Shown: positions 19,391 through 28,684, counted from the stretch's first letter. The stretch is 64,000 nt of DNA from an uncultured Lachnospiraceae bacterium (GCA_946616295.1 CAMOIU010000001.1:17748-81747), one strand, 5' to 3'. A program made the numbers and translations. Notes: a model not told the origin generated them from the letters alone.

Positions 19391-19425
19391 AAGCCCCGGA
19401 GGTCTGTGTAAGACCTCCGGGGCTT
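19391..19425. terminator. Bidirectional intrinsic terminator (dehydrogenase operon and the ancestral tRNA terminator)
   Basis: Perfect 15-bp stem AAGCCCCGGAGGTCT/AGACCTCCGGGGCTT. Confidence 0.85.
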
Positions 19426-19437
19426 GCCCCTGCCAAG

Positions 19438-19482
19438 AGTCGAGGCGACGGGATTCGAACCCACGACCTCTGCGTCCCGAAC
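19438..19482 (-). repeat. att site: duplicated 3' 45 bp of tRNA-Pro
   Basis: AGTCGAGGCGACGGGATTCGAACCCACGACCTCTGCGTCCCGAAC is identical to 32023-32067. Confidence 0.95.
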
Positions 19483-19598
19483 CTAACAACTAAGGTACCA
19501 ATGTGTACCATTTAGTGCCAAACAGTCGATAGATTCTAAGATTTCTGGCACGCAATCAAATACATTAACACGTAATAAAACGGGATAAAAAGGCAAAA

Positions 19599-19618
19599 GT
19601 TAGAACTTTTGTTAGAAC
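19599..19618 (+). promoter_or_regulatory. Candidate integrase arm-type sites (left end)
   Basis: Tandem GTTAGAAC at 19599 and 19611; the same pair occurs at the other end (31953, 31964). Confidence 0.7.
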
Positions 19619-19660
19619 AGAAAGACTCCTTGTGAACCACATGTTCAGAAGGAGTCTCTT

Positions 19661-22621
19661 TTGTTCAACGAAACTATTTCAACTCAGCTTGGATATGACG
19701 ACGGTTGGACTTTTGATCAGTATTCGGCAATTGTACAAGCACTTCAGGCCTACGGCTGCGAATACCTTAAAGGCAGAGAGGAATATACTCTTCTCAAAGA
19801 AGTGGTGTCACCCAATATTACCCGAGTTATAAATTCGGGTAATAGAGAGAATGCGGAAAAGTCAGTATTTACAAGGGCTGAAGGCAGTGGTGTCATTTTA
19901 CCTTTATGCAGGGCAATACCTATAAATGACACCGATATCTCCTCGTATAAGAAACCTTTTCTTGCCCCTTTGGATATCCAGAAGGCTGGAAGTATCGCGG
20001 ACATGATCCCGTCTTTTAAGGTTATACAGTCCTGCAACATGAGCCTCAATATAGGCTTTGATACCGAGTTCCAGGATTACCGTGATGGCCGTGATGGTTC
20101 TGGAACAAACAGACGGGTTCTTTCACTGCAGATGTCAATTGCTATCGGCGAAGTTCTGATCAGATATTTCTTCCTGGTGGATCCAAGATATCAGATTGTC
20201 ACCTCTGAAGGTGGACAGATACCGCTGAAATGCTGTTTGGCAGATATTCTTGCCGACTTGAAGAGGTGCTACTTTGAGGGATTCCCTCTGGTATTGAAAA
20301 GAAACATCCGATACAAAGAAAAATGCTGGAAGGGTCATGAGCCTTATAAAGTTGTCGATTTCTCTGCCATGAAGGATTTTGTGATACCGGTTACTATTAT
20401 CTGCCATACTGGCAAGGCTGATATTTCTGTCTTCCGACGTTCCAAATATGATATTGATATTATCCGCAAACTGGGCGAGATCCAGGGCGGATGGATGACG
20501 ACTGAATATGTTTACTTCACTGCTGCCAATGACATACACCGTAATTACTACTGGCTCGTCAACCTGACCATCAGGGATACTCTTGGGCTGACACCTGCAG
20601 ATAACAAGTCCTTGAAAGCTCTTGGAGATGTTCTTCAGCGGCCTAAGATCGATCTTCCGGGGGAGACCATTAAGCATATGTCCTCTTTCGCCGTTCTTAA
20701 CCCGGCTGAGTATTATGCGTATGCGATGAACGATGCCGATATTGTAGTTTCGTTCTGCTCAGAACTGTTTCTTTGCAATCATGCTGTTCCCATGACGCTG
20801 TCCAGTGCGGCAGCCGCTTCCATGTATGCAAATATCAAAAAGTATTTTGGCGTATCTAAGAAGACAGACTATGACAGGATATACAGGGGGTTGGAGATGC
20901 TGGATGAAGGTGTTATTCCTTCTAAAGAGGAATGTATGAAGTTTTTAAAGGCCACTCGCTATGTGCCGATTCGCGATAACCCCGATGCAAAGCTGGTGAC
21001 GGAGTATTTCGAGGAAGCGTATACAGGGGGGTTTAACGCTTCTTTCTATATTGGTTGGATTACAGAACAGACCACAGACTTCGATCTCCAGAACGCATAT
21101 CCTACAGCTATGGCAACTATCATTGACATCGATTGGAATGAGCATGTGCGGGATTTGCCGAGAGACTATCTTCGGCTGCAGGATCTGGTAAGCCCGCTTG
21201 TCCCTGCTGTTGCCGTAGGAGATTTCGACTTTCCTGAAGATTGCTATTGCCCCAATATCCCTGTACCTGTAAAAGGTGGTATGAAGATTTATCCACGCCA
21301 CGGCAGAAATGTCTACATGTCAGGTCCGGACATGTATCTTGCGCTAAAACTTGGAGCTCGAATAAAAATCTTCCGCGGTTTTACCTGCACGATGCTTGAG
21401 ACGAAAGAGGGCTCTCCTTCTAAATGTCTTGCGTATGCCGTTACAAGCCTCGTTCAGGACAGAATGCTGGCGAAGAGGATTTATAAGGATAAACCCCTGG
21501 TAGAGAAGAGCCTGAAAACCATGGTAAATAGCTGCTACGGAAAAACTGCGCAGAACGTATCCCCTAAGACCAGATATAACGCTCAGAAGATGGGGCGTGT
21601 AGATGCAGAGCCTTCTGCTGTAACCAGTCCCTACCATGCCACCTATACTACTGCCCTTGTGCGCTGTATGCTGATCGGTTGTATAAATGAACTTCATGAA
21701 ATGGGATACCATGTTTATTCCGTTACAACAGATGGGTTTATCACAGACGCTCCGACAGCGGTAGTGAGGAATCTGAACGCTTACGGTTTTACCAGGATTT
21801 TCCAGAGCGGTCGTTATACGCTAAATCAGACCCGCGACGACTGCGAAGCTAATCAGGTGTGGGAACCCAAACATTTTAACAACGCCTTTTTGAACATCAC
21901 GACGCGTGGGAATGTAGCTGTAAATGATGAAGGAGTCCTCGCACACAATTCCTACGTTACTGGTGAGGTTAAGGACAGCCGCGCAGACAGAGATGCATAT
22001 ATTATTGCCGTTCTTTCTCGTGAAGGGAAACTGAAGTGCCCTACTAAAATCTGGACAGAGTTTTCAGAAATAGTAGAAAGGCGTCATGACTTCGGCGTAT
22101 CCGAAACTATCCGCGAGTTATCGATGGATTTCGATTATAAAAGGTGTCCTGTACTCGAAACAGCAAAAGACACTCCTGTACACTACGAAAGTGTGGACGG
22201 TCAGTATTCCGTGGACACTGTCATAGCTGAATTTGACACGCGCCCGTTTGTTGATGCCGAGGAATTTCTAAATTACAGGAATACGTTGCGGAACGAAAAC
22301 TGTGTAAAAGTCACGGCAGATCTTGAGCGTGTGGAGGTCAAATCTACTGTTCAGACCAAGGGATACATCGGCAAGAACCTGCCGAGGAAGATTATTCTCT
22401 CCATTCTTATGGGCTATCGTGCGGGCTTATATAAGATCCCCGCTCTTGATGGCCTTAAGCAGGCAGAGGTTGTGGATACCGTTAATTCATGGGAGATCGC
22501 GGAAATCAGCCTCAGTGACTGGAAAAACTGCTCGAGAACAAAGAGACAGGAGAATATGCTGCCTCGCGAAGTCATACAGGAAACTCTTGATATGATTTTG
22601 AAACTTGGAGAAGACCGTTAA
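19661..22621 (+). CDS. Family-B DNA polymerase, primer-independent (piPolB)-like; start uncertain (TTG 19661)
   Basis: ExoI IGFDTE, ExoII HTGKAD, ExoIII YAMNDA, YTGGFN, PolA DFDLQNAYPT, PolB KTMVNSCYGKTAQ, PolC SVTTDGF (TTD instead of DTD), EPKH, ITTRG. Confidence 0.85.
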   Translation: MFNETISTQLGYDDGWTFDQYSAIVQALQAYGCEYLKGREEYTLLKEVVSPNITRVINSGNRENAEKSVFTRAEGSGVILPLCRAIPINDTDISSYKKPFLAPLDIQKAGSIADMIPSFKVIQSCNMSLNIGFDTEFQDYRDGRDGSGTNRRVLSLQMSIAIGEVLIRYFFLVDPRYQIVTSEGGQIPLKCCLADILADLKRCYFEGFPLVLKRNIRYKEKCWKGHEPYKVVDFSAMKDFVIPVTIICHTGKADISVFRRSKYDIDIIRKLGEIQGGWMTTEYVYFTAANDIHRNYYWLVNLTIRDTLGLTPADNKSLKALGDVLQRPKIDLPGETIKHMSSFAVLNPAEYYAYAMNDADIVVSFCSELFLCNHAVPMTLSSAAAASMYANIKKYFGVSKKTDYDRIYRGLEMLDEGVIPSKEECMKFLKATRYVPIRDNPDAKLVTEYFEEAYTGGFNASFYIGWITEQTTDFDLQNAYPTAMATIIDIDWNEHVRDLPRDYLRLQDLVSPLVPAVAVGDFDFPEDCYCPNIPVPVKGGMKIYPRHGRNVYMSGPDMYLALKLGARIKIFRGFTCTMLETKEGSPSKCLAYAVTSLVQDRMLAKRIYKDKPLVEKSLKTMVNSCYGKTAQNVSPKTRYNAQKMGRVDAEPSAVTSPYHATYTTALVRCMLIGCINELHEMGYHVYSVTTDGFITDAPTAVVRNLNAYGFTRIFQSGRYTLNQTRDDCEANQVWEPKHFNNAFLNITTRGNVAVNDEGVLAHNSYVTGEVKDSRADRDAYIIAVLSREGKLKCPTKIWTEFSEIVERRHDFGVSETIRELSMDFDYKRCPVLETAKDTPVHYESVDGQYSVDTVIAEFDTRPFVDAEEFLNYRNTLRNENCVKVTADLERVEVKSTVQTKGYIGKNLPRKIILSILMGYRAGLYKIPALDGLKQAEVVDTVNSWEIAEISLSDWKNCSRTKRQENMLPREVIQETLDMILKLGEDR

Positions 22622-22654
22622 TTATTCTCTGCAGAGTTCCAGAAGCCAATGTGA

Positions 22655-22719
22655 ATCGGTTTACCCGGTTAAAGGGGGAGGGGACATAGTCCCCGAACCT
22701 CTTGAACGGGTAAACCGAT
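22655..22719. repeat. 65-bp nested inverted repeat downstream of the polymerase
   Basis: ATCGGTTTACCCG/CGGGTAAACCGAT outer stem and GGGGAC/GTCCCC inner stem. Confidence 0.8.
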
Positions 22720-22789
22720 ATCCTTATATATAGGCTGAATATGTTTTTTTATAAACTGGGAAAGATTCGACCATATAAAAGGTAGTCAT

Positions 22790-23250
22790 ACAAAAGTATG
22801 TAGAAATAGATGCTTCAGAACCGGGATCGACCGGGGAAGTCCTGAAAAGCGCCGCAGTAACCTTTGTGAATTGGCATAGTAGGGGCTCAGGCAAGGCCGT
22901 TAGTAACCCTGTGAACGCAGGCCAAGCAACCGAAGTGACGGACAAATCGAGAACCTTCCGAGACCGTGGGAAGTGAAAATGAAGCGGGCGTAACTCGTAA
23001 ACCTTGTGATGGTGACTGTACTGATCGTAAAACTGTACATGACTTTGGATGTTCAAGATGAACGGACTCGTAGACTGCAGGAATGCGACGTCGGCTGTAC
23101 AACGACGGGGGACCGGCGACAGACCGGAACGAAGAACCTGGACACATAACCAGTAAAAAAGTGTAGAAGCGGATGCTTCAAACCGACACACATAAGTCGT
23201 TAAAAAGTGTTCATTGCCGAATATCGAGATCCTTCGGGACTGGTAGGAAG
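22790..23250 (+). ncRNA. Candidate structured non-coding RNA or regulatory region (unassigned)
   Basis: No convincing ORF; several local hairpins, a C(UUCG)G tetraloop, recurring GTAA[A/C]C..TGTGA motifs and an imperfect flanking direct repeat. Confidence 0.35.
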
Positions 23251-23320
23251 CGACTCTTGTTTTAACCGGGGAAGACCATATTTTGAAAAAACGGATTGTA
23301 CTTCAAAAGGAGAAGGTGCC

Positions 23321-24361
23321 GTGGGCAGAAAAAATAAAAGATACAGCAAAGATTTGCACCAGCAGGCCTATGAAAGGCTGACCGGGATGCAGGCCTTTGG
23401 GCAGTCCAAGAAAGAAGCGGCTGCAAACGGGACGGAGAAGGACAAGATTTTCTCGTACAGCACATATCAGACCTACTGGAAGCATACAAAATACTTCGTG
23501 AAATGGATCCAGGAGAAATATCCGGACTGCACGACGTTGAAGGCTGCGCGCCGTCATGTGAACGAGTGGCTTCAGAGCCGTGTCAATCAGGTCGACGAAA
23601 AGGGACAGCATCTTTCCGCTTGGACGATACAGACAGAGGCTGCCGCGCTGAACAAAGTGTATCAGATCGACAAGTCAGATCCGGATCGGTTTCAGCCTCC
23701 GAGGCGGAACAGGTCAGAGATCAAGAGGAGCCGTGTGACGACGGCGAGGGATGCGCATTTCAGCATAACGAACAATGACGAGCTGATCAAGTTTTGTAAG
23801 GGCACAGGCTGCCGCAGGGGCGTCCTGGAAAAGCTGGAAGGCCGGGATCTGTGGACCAGGAAGTCGATGGAAGACAGGGTTTCTTCTTTAGAGGCACGGG
23901 CAGATCTGTCGCCGAAAGAGGCCAAGCATTTGGCGACGCTGCGGGATGCTCTGGCGGTGTTTCCGGATCACGATTACTTTATTCATCATCGGAAAGATAA
24001 AAACGGCCGGTACCGCTTCGCGCCGGTTATTGGTCCGGATAAGGATAAGATCATCGAACGTATGCGGACCACGGGGGCAACAGAAAAGGTCTGGCAGCAT
24101 GTGAACAGTAACGCGGATATTCACGGTTACCGCGCCGAGTATGCAACAGCCATGTATAAGCATTACGCCAGAAAGATCGAAGATATCCCGTATGACAGGG
24201 TAAATAAAGGTACTGGGAGACTGTACCAGAGTGACGTATATATTTGCAGAAAAGACGAGGCAGGAAGAAGACTGGATCGTGCCGCGATGAGAAAAGCCAG
24301 CAAAGCACTCGGACACAATAGGATTTCAATTATAGCAGACCATTATATCCGGGGGTTGTGA
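23321..24361 (+). CDS. Atypical tyrosine recombinase-family protein
   Basis: GTG start after AAGGAGAAGG; SAM-like N-terminus (TYQTYWKHTKYFVKW...SAWTIQTEAAAL); catalytic-like GTGCRR, HHRKDKNG, HGYR, ALGH...HY. Confidence 0.75.
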   Translation: MGRKNKRYSKDLHQQAYERLTGMQAFGQSKKEAAANGTEKDKIFSYSTYQTYWKHTKYFVKWIQEKYPDCTTLKAARRHVNEWLQSRVNQVDEKGQHLSAWTIQTEAAALNKVYQIDKSDPDRFQPPRRNRSEIKRSRVTTARDAHFSITNNDELIKFCKGTGCRRGVLEKLEGRDLWTRKSMEDRVSSLEARADLSPKEAKHLATLRDALAVFPDHDYFIHHRKDKNGRYRFAPVIGPDKDKIIERMRTTGATEKVWQHVNSNADIHGYRAEYATAMYKHYARKIEDIPYDRVNKGTGRLYQSDVYICRKDEAGRRLDRAAMRKASKALGHNRISIIADHYIRGL

Positions 24362-24374
24362 AAAAGGAGAGCAC

Positions 24375-25157
24375 ATGGCAAGATTTTACAAAAAAGACGA
24401 GCTCGGCCGTTTAGTTGAAACAGACAGCGGGGCGTTCGATTCAGACGTGGAAGTAGTCAGCATGACAGGATGTGAATTCCGCGATATGCAGGCATCGATA
24501 CAAAGTGAGAAGAGGAGAGCTGATAAGGCAGAAGATCTAAACAGGAACCTGTTGCGGATCATGAAGGAGAGATCCAATGCCGAAAGAGGAATACGGCCCA
24601 AAAAGGAAAAGGACGGCTATATTGTATTGGAGTCTCGCCAGTGGTATGAGAGGTATCAGGTTGCTGTGTGGCATCCGGAGGTGGATCCTGACATGTTTCG
24701 AAAAACAGAGGAGGGGAGAAGTGAAGCATTAAGGAAAAAGCTGGTACGCTTTGAACCGCATACCGCAGTAACTTGGAAAACAATTATACAGACACCATAT
24801 GATGTTTCATTACCGAAAGAGAGCGTAGAAGATCTCATAGAAGAAGAAATAGTAAAAGTATTAGCAGAAATGGGATGTCTGAAAAGCAACAGCAGGAAAC
24901 TGAACGGGACATTCCGCTCTTTTGGGATTGGCCCGGACGGACATCACATTAACGGACGGTACCGCTGGGTATACCGAGCAAATTACCGGTCTGGCTATTG
25001 GGAGGTTGAATGCTATACTCTTAAAGCCTTAGACGTACCCATCCACCGCCAGTGTGAAAGAACGAACCGGACAAAAAAGAAAAAACAGAATAAAAAAAAG
25101 GATTCTCGCGAAGATCTGTTTTCCCTGTTTGGGGATTTTGATGACACTGTTCAATAA
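24375..25157 (+). CDS. Hypothetical protein (260 aa; coiled-coil segment, basic/acidic tail)
   Basis: AAGGAG RBS; 13 bp after the recombinase stop; no motif recognised. Confidence 0.75.
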   Translation: MARFYKKDELGRLVETDSGAFDSDVEVVSMTGCEFRDMQASIQSEKRRADKAEDLNRNLLRIMKERSNAERGIRPKKEKDGYIVLESRQWYERYQVAVWHPEVDPDMFRKTEEGRSEALRKKLVRFEPHTAVTWKTIIQTPYDVSLPKESVEDLIEEEIVKVLAEMGCLKSNSRKLNGTFRSFGIGPDGHHINGRYRWVYRANYRSGYWEVECYTLKALDVPIHRQCERTNRTKKKKQNKKKDSREDLFSLFGDFDDTVQ

Positions 25158-25252
25158 AACAGTTGTTTTCGTGAACACAAAAGAGCTTGCCGGAATGTGG
25201 GCTGTAAAGTATGATTTGTGTTAAAGAAAATAGGACAGCCTTTTCGTGAACA
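25148..25252. promoter_or_regulatory. Candidate res site of the serine resolvase
   Basis: TGTTCA-AT-AAAACA-GT-TGTTTT-CG-TGAACA (25148-25177) and a second inverted pair TGTTAAAGAAAA/TTTTCGTGAACA (25219-25252). Confidence 0.6.
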
Positions 25253-25262
25253 GGAGGGAAGA

Positions 25263-25868
25263 ATGTCTGTCATATATGGATACGCCAGATGCTCGACTGA
25301 CGAGAGCCGGCAGGACATCGACCGCCAGAAGCGGGAGCTGTTCGCGATGGGCGTGAAGGAAGACAAGCATATTTATTGGGAATATGAGTCTGGGACGAAA
25401 GAGAACCGGGCGGAACTTGCGAAGTTGCTGGACGTGATCCGGGAAGGTGATTCGATTGCGGCAACGGAAGTTTCCAGGCTGACGAGATCGACAAAGCAGC
25501 TGTGTGAGATTCTGCAGATGGTTCAGGACAAGAAGATATGCCTTCTGATAGGCTCTTTTTCCGTGGATTGCAGGGCAGAGACCAGTGACCCGATGACAAA
25601 GGGGATGCTGATGATGTGGGGAGTATTCTCGGAGATGGAGCGCGATATCATCAGCCAGCGGGTTAAGTCCGGCATGAAGAACGCCGCAGCGAAGGGCAAG
25701 CGTATCGGGAGACCGAAGACGACCGCTGATACTCTTCCGGAAAAGTTTTGGAAGTATTACAAGTTGTATAAAGACGATGAAATTACAGTCGCTGAGTGTG
25801 CCAGACTGATGGATTGTTCGCGGACGACGGTTTATAAGTACCTGGACATGGCAGAGGCATGTAAATAA
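25263..25868 (+). CDS. Small serine recombinase (resolvase/invertase) with C-terminal HTH
   Basis: YGYARCST, Q...RQ, YESGT...RAEL, EVSRLTRS, SEMERDIISQR...G, GRPK. Confidence 0.93.
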   Translation: MSVIYGYARCSTDESRQDIDRQKRELFAMGVKEDKHIYWEYESGTKENRAELAKLLDVIREGDSIAATEVSRLTRSTKQLCEILQMVQDKKICLLIGSFSVDCRAETSDPMTKGMLMMWGVFSEMERDIISQRVKSGMKNAAAKGKRIGRPKTTADTLPEKFWKYYKLYKDDEITVAECARLMDCSRTTVYKYLDMAEACK

Positions 25869-25929
25869 AATGCGGCGGCATTTTCCGCTGTGACCGTTGG
25901 GAACACGTAAAAGCCAGGAGGAAAGTAAT

Positions 25930-26997
25930 ATGTCAAAAGAAGTATTTAGGATGGGGGAGCTTTTCTGCGGGCCCGGGGGAATAGCATGTGGTGCGCACAG
26001 GGCCGTAAGCGATGATGGTGAAAAATCGATTATTCACGCTTGGGCTAATGACTTCGATCCGGATACCTGTGAAACCTATGCAAAGAACATCTGCGGAGGC
26101 GATGGCTCTTCCGTGTATTGTCAGGATGTGAGGGAGCTTAATATTCCCGCACTTGGACCAATAGATGCCTTCTCGTACGGCTTTCCGTGCAACAGCTTCT
26201 CCAATGTCGGAGAACATCAGGGGCTGGAGAATGATAAGTTCGGTCAGCTATACACATACGGCGTTGAAGTGCTGAAATATTACCAGCCCAAATGGTTCCT
26301 TGCGGAAAATGTATCAGGAATTAGGTCGGCTGGTGACGGAAGCCATTTCCAGATCATTCTGGATGATCTTGCCGGTGCCGGGTACACACTGGTAACGAAC
26401 ATGTACAAGTTTGAAGAGTACGGAGTACCTCAGACCCGTCACAGGATCATCATTGTCGGCATCCGGAACGATCTCGATGCCCAAGGTATCAAGTTCAAGG
26501 TCCCTTCACCGGAACCGTATAAGAACTGCGATGTAACGGCCGGTACTGCCCTTTCCGGCATTCCGGCGGATGCCCCGAACCACGAGGTGCGGAAACTGCA
26601 GGACAAGGTGAGGCTCCGTCTTTCCTACATAAAGCCCGGGCAGAACATCTGGCAGGCAGAGAACCTTCCGCCAGAGCTGATGATCAAAACTCGGACCAAA
26701 ATCAGCCAGATCTACAGGAAGCTTGACCCGGCAAAACCGTCGTACACAGTCACGGCCGCAGGCGGCGGCGGTACATTCATGTACCATTGGTCGGAAGAAC
26801 AGCGCGAACTCACGAACCGGGAACGCGCAAGGATACAGACTTTCCCTGACGATTTCGAGTTCGTCGGAAAGTATTCATCGGTCAGAAAACAGATTGGGAT
26901 GGCGGTCCCGCCGAAAGGAGCGGAAATCATCTTCCGTGCCATACTGAACACCTTTGCCGGGATCGACTACCCTTATGTGGAGCCGAGTATGTCGTAA
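25930..26997 (+). CDS. C5-cytosine DNA methyltransferase, M.BbvI-like
   Basis: ELFCGPGG, GFPCN, AENV, YGVPQTRHRIIIVG, TNRERARIQTFPD, QIGMAVPP; the overall layout matches M.BbvI as recalled. Confidence 0.92.
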   Translation: MSKEVFRMGELFCGPGGIACGAHRAVSDDGEKSIIHAWANDFDPDTCETYAKNICGGDGSSVYCQDVRELNIPALGPIDAFSYGFPCNSFSNVGEHQGLENDKFGQLYTYGVEVLKYYQPKWFLAENVSGIRSAGDGSHFQIILDDLAGAGYTLVTNMYKFEEYGVPQTRHRIIIVGIRNDLDAQGIKFKVPSPEPYKNCDVTAGTALSGIPADAPNHEVRKLQDKVRLRLSYIKPGQNIWQAENLPPELMIKTRTKISQIYRKLDPAKPSYTVTAAGGGGTFMYHWSEEQRELTNRERARIQTFPDDFEFVGKYSSVRKQIGMAVPPKGAEIIFRAILNTFAGIDYPYVEPSMS

Positions 26998-27018
26998 AAC
27001 GTATTGGAGGGAGAAGCC

Positions 27019-28683
27019 ATGCTGAACTACTGGTGGGTGACACGCCCTAAGAGGAAACTGGACAGTGTTCCGGAAGTGCTCGCGGCATTTGCCGACATAT
27101 CGCTCAACCAGGAATGGACAGGCCAGCGCGGCACGCAAATGGCCTATGAGGAAGCACTCGAAAAGGCTGGTCTGAAACGTGTCGGTGCAAGGCGTGACCA
27201 GTCCGGGTCCGGCGGACGTACATACGGGGCATGGCTTGTTTCTCTCGGCCTTATTTTCAACCAGGCCGAAACCGGCAACATTAAACTTACACTTGCCGGA
27301 GAAGCTATCATGAACGGCGATTCTCCCGTGGATGTTTTGAAGAACCAGGTGCTGAAGTACCAGTTCCCGTCAGCTTTCTCTCTCGGCAGGGGCGTACAGG
27401 TACACAGCCGGTTTAAGATCCGGCCGTTCCGCTTCCTTTTGAAACTGCTTTCGGACGACAGACTGGAACGGTACCTAACACAGGACGAAATCGCCAAGGT
27501 CGCCGCGGTGGACGCGGAGAACGAGACATCGGCCGTCTATGAAATGGTCGTACAGAAGATCCTGCGCTTCCGTGAAGTGGGCGACAGGTGCCTTGATCCG
27601 GATTTCTTTGGGTTGTATAAGCCCGGAAAAGGCGACGTCAACCCGGATCATCCGTTCAGCCATCTCCAGGACATGGCCAACACGATGATCAACTGGCTGG
27701 AATATACACAGCTGGCAAAGCGGAACGACGACAGGCAGCTTGTTATCCTGGAAGAGAAACAGGCAGAGGTCGGCGCAATCCTTGCTACGGTGCCGCCGTT
27801 CATTGACCGGCCGGAAAACCACGAGTTCTTCCAGCGGAAATACGGCTTGGACCCAAAGCACCGTAAAGATACAAGGAACCTTGAAAAGACCAAGACAGTC
27901 ACGGCCCGCATTATTGCCGAGCAGAAAATCCGTTCTGCCTATATCCGCGCGTCTCTGGCGAAACCGATTACCGGTATCACACCGGACCTGATCGCGGATA
28001 TCACCGAGGAAACGGGCATTACACCAGACCTGGTTGAAGAGATTCTGCGCAAGGCATATCCTCACGGATCGATCGGGGCTTTCATGGCGTCCTATTTCGA
28101 AATGGCGTTCAAGGGCCGCGAGGAATGCACTGAATTTGAGGTGGCGACAACAGAGCTGTTTAAGGACGTATTCGGATATGACGCAAGGCATCTCGGACAG
28201 ACAGGAAGCAAGTCCGCTCCTGATGTGCTGCTCCTTTCCGATTCTGACGGATATCAGGCTGTTATCGATAATAAGGCGTACAGCAAATACAGCATCAGCG
28301 GCGATCACCATAACCGGATGGTACATAATTACCTGGAGAGAATTAACACATACAGCCCCAGCCCGTACCCGATCGGCTTTTTCTCCTATATCGCTGGCGG
28401 GTTTGGCAAGACCATCGACAAGCAGATACAAGACGAGGTCAGGGAAAGCGGCGTTCACGGGTCAGGCATCACGGTCTCCAACTTCATAAAGATGATTGAG
28501 AATCAGCAGAACGGTGTCAGACAGTACAGCCATAAAAACTTGAGGAATATTTTCGGTCTTGACAGGCAGGTGATGTTGCAGGACGTCTATGAGGGCGGGC
28601 ACAACACCGTACAGTATGACTTCCGGCAACGGGAACTCGACATGGTGGCTGAACAGTCCGTCCAGTACGGGAGGAAAGACTAA
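27019..28683 (+). CDS. Type IIS restriction endonuclease with a FokI-like cleavage domain
   Basis: C-terminal FEVATTELFKDVFGYDARHLG...PDV...IDNKAYSKY parallels the FokI PD...DxKAY domain; sits between the MTase and vsr. Confidence 0.8.
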   Translation: MLNYWWVTRPKRKLDSVPEVLAAFADISLNQEWTGQRGTQMAYEEALEKAGLKRVGARRDQSGSGGRTYGAWLVSLGLIFNQAETGNIKLTLAGEAIMNGDSPVDVLKNQVLKYQFPSAFSLGRGVQVHSRFKIRPFRFLLKLLSDDRLERYLTQDEIAKVAAVDAENETSAVYEMVVQKILRFREVGDRCLDPDFFGLYKPGKGDVNPDHPFSHLQDMANTMINWLEYTQLAKRNDDRQLVILEEKQAEVGAILATVPPFIDRPENHEFFQRKYGLDPKHRKDTRNLEKTKTVTARIIAEQKIRSAYIRASLAKPITGITPDLIADITEETGITPDLVEEILRKAYPHGSIGAFMASYFEMAFKGREECTEFEVATTELFKDVFGYDARHLGQTGSKSAPDVLLLSDSDGYQAVIDNKAYSKYSISGDHHNRMVHNYLERINTYSPSPYPIGFFSYIAGGFGKTIDKQIQDEVRESGVHGSGITVSNFIKMIENQQNGVRQYSHKNLRNIFGLDRQVMLQDVYEGGHNTVQYDFRQRELDMVAEQSVQYGRKD

Positions 28684-28684
28684 C

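Noticed and set aside
19438-19482. Second tRNA gene
   Set aside because: Only the 3' 45 nt are present; the D-arm and 5' acceptor strand are missing. It is the att duplication.
18881-19489. 202-aa minus-strand ORF beginning MLGSGRRGRGFESRRLD
   Set aside because: Translation of the tRNA fragment plus the antisense of the dehydrogenase.
22724-23191. 155-aa and 86-aa minus-strand ORFs in the pipolin non-coding region
   Set aside because: No RBS or recognisable motif, opposite to all neighbours; treated as non-coding, though not excluded.
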